Positions 59,459 to 64,000 of a stretch of DNA of 64,000 nucleotides are shown one piece after another. The number at the start of each line of letters is the position of its first letter. The stretch's first letter is position 1. The notes below the pieces were generated by a model. The model did not search any database, was not told where the DNA came from, and saw nothing but the letters and a program-made list of their open reading frames with translations. Origin of the DNA: Candidatus Doudnabacteria bacterium (GTDB taxonomy: Bacteria; Patescibacteriota; Doudnabacteria; UBA920; O2-02-FULL-48-8); NCBI GenBank assembly GCA_019659055.1, contig JAIFWV010000001.1, positions 6,123 to 70,122 of the forward strand. Reading direction: 5' to 3'. Position numbers and translations under genes: made by a program.

Positions 59459-60697
59459 ATGAAATTTCTTTCAAACGCACTTTCGGCCGTTTCTGGCCGA
59501 TTCACTACGGCGGAAAAGTCAAAACAGCCCCCAGGCATAATCTGTATCGACCTGGGTACGGCCAATGCCCTGGTTCATGCCAACGGCGAATTTGGCTGTA
59601 TCTTGGTGGAAGATCTCGTTCAGAAGGAAACACGTTCGGTTTCTCATATCCGCACAATTGTCGCCCGTAAAGGCCGTGCGGAAGAGATGGACGACTTTCA
59701 GCGAAGAATCGACAAAGAACGCGGAAGAGCTGACATGAGAACCCCCGATGAAGACTTGGATTTAGACATCGAGGCGGTGGGCCAAGACGCGTTCGAGATG
59801 TGGGGTCGAGCACCAAGGCTGATATTTGACCGCGCGGTGAAGCGTGGCAACATCGCCAATATCCGTGCGTACCGCGCAGTGATGCGTTATCTCATTGCCA
59901 TGGTTCATCCGGAATTCAAGTGGTGTTTTCCCGAATCCTCGCCCAAGCCGAAGATCTTCATCGGCGTCCCGGACAGTGCAGACAAATATCATCTCAGTGC
60001 CGTCCGCGGAGTCATCGAGCGCAACCTCAAGGCTGATGCAATCACAGTCATTGAACAGATCGCCTCGGTCGTCGGCGCAAAACTCAAGGGGGGCGGAACT
60101 ATCCCCTATCTGCAGCCGGCTTCGGTCGCGATCGCAGACCTCGGCGGTGGCACTCTCGATTTCGCCGTTCTGAATCACTGTCAGGTCGTAGATCGCGTAA
60201 GCTACGAGACAGCTGGTGACGAAATGGATCTTGCCATCATTGATTGCCTGCGAAAAGGGCCACACTTCATCGATATCGGTTTTCGAACCGCGATCGAAAT
60301 CAAAGAAGCTCTCGGCAGCGCCATACCTCGTGAAGAGGATGACGAAAAACCCTACGAGGTCTACGGGGCAAAATTCCAGCAGGAGCAACCTGGAAGCACG
60401 ACGGTAACCCCGAAAGTAATCCGAGAGTGCCTAATGCCGGTATTACAGGTTATCGTCAATGATTTCCGAAGATATCTACAGAGGCTCAAAAATCACGGCG
60501 AAGTGCACGCCGACATCATGCAGAACGGTTTTTACATCACTGGCGGTGCGTCACTTCTCTATGGTTTCGACCAATACCTCGCGCGCGAGATGGGACTGCC
60601 GATCAAGCCCGTTGAGAACGCCATGACATCGGTCATCGATGGGCTGGTGATCATGTCGGAAAACCACAAACTTCTCGAACTTGGATTGGCCAAGTAG
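59459..60697 (+). CDS. Divergent MreB-like actin ATPase
   Basis: IDLGTAN, DLGGGT, AGDEMD, TAIEIK, DI..NG..ITGGASLL.G.D; AGGAGG SD. Confidence 0.85.
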   Translation: MKFLSNALSAVSGRFTTAEKSKQPPGIICIDLGTANALVHANGEFGCILVEDLVQKETRSVSHIRTIVARKGRAEEMDDFQRRIDKERGRADMRTPDEDLDLDIEAVGQDAFEMWGRAPRLIFDRAVKRGNIANIRAYRAVMRYLIAMVHPEFKWCFPESSPKPKIFIGVPDSADKYHLSAVRGVIERNLKADAITVIEQIASVVGAKLKGGGTIPYLQPASVAIADLGGGTLDFAVLNHCQVVDRVSYETAGDEMDLAIIDCLRKGPHFIDIGFRTAIEIKEALGSAIPREEDDEKPYEVYGAKFQQEQPGSTTVTPKVIRECLMPVLQVIVNDFRRYLQRLKNHGEVHADIMQNGFYITGGASLLYGFDQYLAREMGLPIKPVENAMTSVIDGLVIMSENHKLLELGLAK

Positions 60698-60709
60698 TCT
60701 GGAGCAGAC

Positions 60710-61531
60710 ATGTCCTTTGGAGACACGGATCGGACAACAAGAGTGGCGCAAGGTCCTTCCATACCGAAACCTGAATTCCCAGTTGCTCAGGGTCATAGCA
60801 AGAACTGGCTTTACGCAGGGCTTGCGGTACTGTTAACCGCTTTGACCATCGGTGCGTGCCGACCGTCCAGCGTCCCGTTTACGACCGTTGGGTGGAGTAT
60901 CTTCTGGATTTTCGCTGTTCTCCTTCTGGTCGTAGGAATCTACAGCCTCGTGAGGGCCGAATCTTGGGACCATAAGTATGATCGCCCACTCGAAGCTGGC
61001 CTCGTAATTGCCCTCGTTGTTATCGGTGTATGGCTTTGGAACAGTAGTCCTAAACCCTTGAATCGCCCGGCCATTCAGGAAGCGAAAGTCACCGCACCGG
61101 ACGTGAAGAAAGTGGTTCAGGATCCGGCTCCACAGCTGACAAGCAACGCCCAGCCGAGACAACCTGCGGATCAGTCGTCGATCGGAGCTCAGGTTCACAA
61201 CCTTCAGGACGACGTGAGTCATCTGAAGTTGGACCAGAAGACCACCAACCGACGGATCGAAGGTATCAAACACGAGCTGTTGTATCCTCTCAAGGACGAG
61301 CAAACTGATACCAAACGGAGGATCCAGAGCTTCAAGCACGAGCTCATCTATCCGCTTCGTGACAAAGTCGCGGTGCTGGAGACCGTGCCCAAAAGCAGTC
61401 CGCTCGCGATCAATCAACCCATACCAAGGAGGAACCAAGTAGTAGCTAGGTCGGCCTGGAAATCCCAACCGACATTTGTCTATCTCACCGACCGAGAAAA
61501 ACAACTTCTCGCCCAAGCGAGACGCAAATAA
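60710..61531 (+). CDS. Hypothetical 3-TM protein with duplicated coiled-coil motif
   Basis: 12 nt after the MreB-like gene; GGAG SD; RRI..KHEL.YPL.D repeated twice; terminator follows. Confidence 0.7.
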   Translation: MSFGDTDRTTRVAQGPSIPKPEFPVAQGHSKNWLYAGLAVLLTALTIGACRPSSVPFTTVGWSIFWIFAVLLLVVGIYSLVRAESWDHKYDRPLEAGLVIALVVIGVWLWNSSPKPLNRPAIQEAKVTAPDVKKVVQDPAPQLTSNAQPRQPADQSSIGAQVHNLQDDVSHLKLDQKTTNRRIEGIKHELLYPLKDEQTDTKRRIQSFKHELIYPLRDKVAVLETVPKSSPLAINQPIPRRNQVVARSAWKSQPTFVYLTDREKQLLAQARRK

Positions 61532-61701
61532 CCCCTTCCCCTAGATGCAATCATCCGATTGCTTCTAGGGGATTTTTTCTTGATTTTTTTCACGAATAGT
61601 AGTATACTCCTTTAGCTTACAGGATTTCGATTCTTGAGGTGACATAAAGGAATCCAGAGCCTGTTTTTAATTAGGTAACTTGGTGCGGCTTGCAAATAGA
61701 T

Positions 61702-61778
61702 GCCGGCGTAGCTCAATTGGTTAGAGCGTGGGACTCATAAGCCCAAGGTAGCTGGTTCGAAGCCAGCCGCCGGCACCA
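61702..61778 (+). tRNA. tRNA with CAT anticodon (elongator Met, or Ile2)
   Basis: GCCGGCG/CGCCGGC acceptor; CTCATAA loop; encoded CCA. Confidence 0.9.
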
Positions 61779-61912
61779 GGGAATTCCTTATTTCAAATAG
61801 CGAGCATTGTTGTAAATTTAGCCCGCGGAGGACGACGGTCCGAGCGAGCAGGCCGAAATTTCAGCAGAAATTTACGGCCGGTAAATTTACAATCAATGCG
61901 AGCGCAACACGT

Positions 61913-61987
61913 CGCGGGGTAGAGAAATGGCATCTCGCAAGGCTCATAACCTTGAGATTGGCGGTTCGAATCCGCCCCCCGCAACCA
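61913..61987 (+). tRNA. Initiator tRNA-fMet(CAT)
   Basis: CGCGGGG start with C1:A72 mismatch; CAT anticodon; encoded CCA. Confidence 0.93.
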
Positions 61988-62008
61988 AGAAAATATATAA
62001 CACTAAGA

Positions 62009-62087
62009 GCTCGCTTGGTGTAGCCCGGTCTAACACGTCTCCCTGTCACGGAGAAGACCACGGGTTCAAATCCCGTAGCGAGCGCCA
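62009..62087 (+). tRNA. tRNA-Asp(GTC)
   Basis: GCTCGCT/AGCGAGC acceptor; CTGTCAC loop; G discriminator plus CCA. Confidence 0.93.
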
Positions 62088-62170
62088 CAAAGCACATCTC
62101 ATTTCGAGGTGTTTTTTGTTATCCGCAAAAAAACAAACACCTCAACTTTCGTCGAGGTGTTTATGAGAGA

Positions 62171-62233
62171 CTAGAGTCTCTTCTTTTTGCCGCCGGACTT
62201 TCGTTTCTTGGCAGCCTTTTTCTTCTTAGCCAT
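62171..62233 (-). CDS. 20-aa Lys-rich peptide MAKKKKAAKKRKSGGKKKRL
   Basis: Not in ORF track; TTGACA-17-TACGCT promoter upstream; AAACACCTC/GAGGTGTTT terminator downstream. Confidence 0.55.
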   Translation of the reverse strand: MAKKKKAAKKRKSGGKKKRL

Positions 62234-62387
62234 TTTATGCTAGAAGCTCCATGTGCCTCCGGATAAAAATTTTTAAAGTTTTTAGCGGAGACTTATAATT
62301 TTTTTTCATCTTTCACTCCGAGAAATTTTTCGGAGGTCAAGCCAAATATAACTAACATCTCAAGCGTAAACTAAATTGGCAATGCTG

Positions 62388-63785
62388 TCAAGTACTTTTT
62401 GCATATTTTTTTAGGAACTTGCCGGCATCATTTTCGTTTTTGATTTCACTGAGTAAAATTTTTACCTTCATCGCGCTTGCGATTTGTCCGATTTGGATCC
62501 CCGAAGAAAGTTTTGTGACGCGCATTATGTACGCTCCGCCTGCGAATTTATCGAGCAAAGATTTTTTCGCTCTGATAACTTCAAGATATTTTTCACCCAG
62601 TTGGACGGACTCACTGTTTCCAGGTTTGATGCCGCCGTTTTCCATAAGCCTCAAGTTACCGGCTGAGTCTGCCCTCCACAATACCAGCAGAGCCGAAAAA
62701 TCGGGATGTAATGCATATTTTGCCTGTTTTAAGGGCTTCGCAGTCCTAAAGTTGAGTCTGTCATCGTGATGGATTATGAGCCAATCGATAAGATTTCTGG
62801 ATCTTTTGGAAAACCTAAATCTGGATGCGAACTTGAGAAAAATTTCATGAGAAACTTTCTGATGTCCGAAATGCCTCATGACTTTTTCGCCATCGATAAT
62901 TTCGGTATGGGAAGGTTTGATCTTGCCGATATCATGAAACCAACCGGCATAGATCAAATCCAAATCCGGCGGCAAAAGCCCTACCACACTGAGAGTGTGA
63001 TAATACATACTCCCCTCCAAATGGTATTTTTTCGAGTTGTGGAAAACTTTTTTTAATTGCACAAATTCCGGCAAAATAAATTTCATAAGGCCCAATGTGC
63101 AAAGCTCATCCAAACCGCGGACCCGGTCACTGCAGAGCAGTATTTTATCCAACTCTTGTTTGATGCGCTCAGCGGAAACGTCCTGAATTAGTTTGGCCCG
63201 GGTCTTAATCGCCGCAAAAGAATTTTTTTCAAGTCTAAATCCCAGGGTTACGGCAAACCTTACGGCTCGCATCATGCGCAAAGGATCCTCATCGATCCGT
63301 TTCTTGGGATCGCCGACAAAACGGATAATTCTTTTTTTGATATCCTCCATACCGCCGGCCGGATCAAAAAGCTCACGGCTGACCGGGTTGAAGTATAGGG
63401 CGTTTATAGTGAGGTCCCGTCTTTGAGCATCGTCGAGGTATTCGCGGATAAACTCCACTTCATCCGGATGACGCAGATCGCTATATCTGGATTCCCGACG
63501 GAAGGTTGTAATCTCGACGAGATTACCTTTGGGAGTCGCCAAAATCGTCCCATATTTTTTGCCGATTTGCTTGAAGCTGATTTTGGCTTGTGTCAGTATT
63601 TTCTCAACATTATCCGGCAGAGCGTCGGTGGCGATATCAATGTTGTCCGAAGTTTTCCCGGTGATTAGGTCGCGCACATATCCGCCAACGAAGAATCCTT
63701 GAAATTTTTGGTTGTTTAAAAGCCGGACAATATCTAATCCGGCTTTCTCTAATTCACTTTTTGGTTTCCAATTCAGTTTCTGCAC
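62388..63785 (-). CDS. cca: CCA tRNA nucleotidyltransferase with HD domain
   Basis: VGGYVRD..DNIDIAT, EITTFR, RRDLTINAL, EDPLRMMRA.RF, HDIGK. Confidence 0.9.
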   Translation of the reverse strand: MQKLNWKPKSELEKAGLDIVRLLNNQKFQGFFVGGYVRDLITGKTSDNIDIATDALPDNVEKILTQAKISFKQIGKKYGTILATPKGNLVEITTFRRESRYSDLRHPDEVEFIREYLDDAQRRDLTINALYFNPVSRELFDPAGGMEDIKKRIIRFVGDPKKRIDEDPLRMMRAVRFAVTLGFRLEKNSFAAIKTRAKLIQDVSAERIKQELDKILLCSDRVRGLDELCTLGLMKFILPEFVQLKKVFHNSKKYHLEGSMYYHTLSVVGLLPPDLDLIYAGWFHDIGKIKPSHTEIIDGEKVMRHFGHQKVSHEIFLKFASRFRFSKRSRNLIDWLIIHHDDRLNFRTAKPLKQAKYALHPDFSALLVLWRADSAGNLRLMENGGIKPGNSESVQLGEKYLEVIRAKKSLLDKFAGGAYIMRVTKLSSGIQIGQIASAMKVKILLSEIKNENDAGKFLKKYAKST

Positions 63786-64000
63786 TAGATAACTTTTTTA
63801 AAGCTAATCTGATCGTGATCATCCATGAGCGCAAGATATGCTTCGACTTGTTTGTCGGGATATTTGGACTGCGTGACCGAAACCGCGTGGCGCAATTTAA
63901 GCTCACGCTCGCGGGCCTCTTCTTCCGTGGAGTCAAAACTTAGTTCGCTGAGATCAAGACAACCGATGTGGCTAAAAATTATTATTCTCGGGATATTATG
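63785..64000 (-). CDS. C-terminal fragment of a putative beta-carbonic-anhydrase-like protein; runs off window
   Basis: Open frame from the window edge: H.I.RIIIFSHIGC (HxxC)...YP..VEAY; TAG overlaps the cca GTG. Confidence 0.5.
   Translation of the reverse strand, partial: HNIPRIIIFSHIGCLDLSELSFDSTEEEARERELKLRHAVSVTQSKYPDKQVEAYLALMDDHDQISFKKVI

Overview
This window looks like a bacterial chromosome segment of the Patescibacteria/CPR type, probably Parcubacteria-related. The taxonomy is an inference from gene content and style. The backbone is housekeeping: fmt-def, gltX, rpmA, pyrG, rplI, ftsEX, frameshifted prfB, dcd-CYTH-thyA-folA, folC, secE-nusG-SPFH-rplK-rplA, gyrB, a mitochondrial-type single-chain PheRS, a UvrD-nuclease fusion, rmuC, cca and 4 tRNAs. 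Single accessory genes or gene pairs with their own SD, promoter and terminator are scattered through it: a solo Cas4/AddB-like nuclease, a split purH, a divergent MreB with a membrane partner, a pseudo-metalloprotease lipoprotein and two GH113 surface enzymes. No CRISPR array, integrase, transposase or rRNA was seen. Best leads: (1) a ~500-nt, highly structured unit with no convincing ORF and its own sigma70 promoter and terminator (55209-55727, minus), followed by a second structured RNA; (2) a 6S-like long hairpin RNA before gyrB; (3) a CYTH enzyme tightly coupled between dcd and thyA, where a dUTPase would be expected; (4) leader-peptide attenuators before folC and an ABC transporter; (5) an orphan MreB operon; (6) several families of intergenic heptamer and REP-like repeats. 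All calls come from reading motifs by eye; no searches or folding programs were run.
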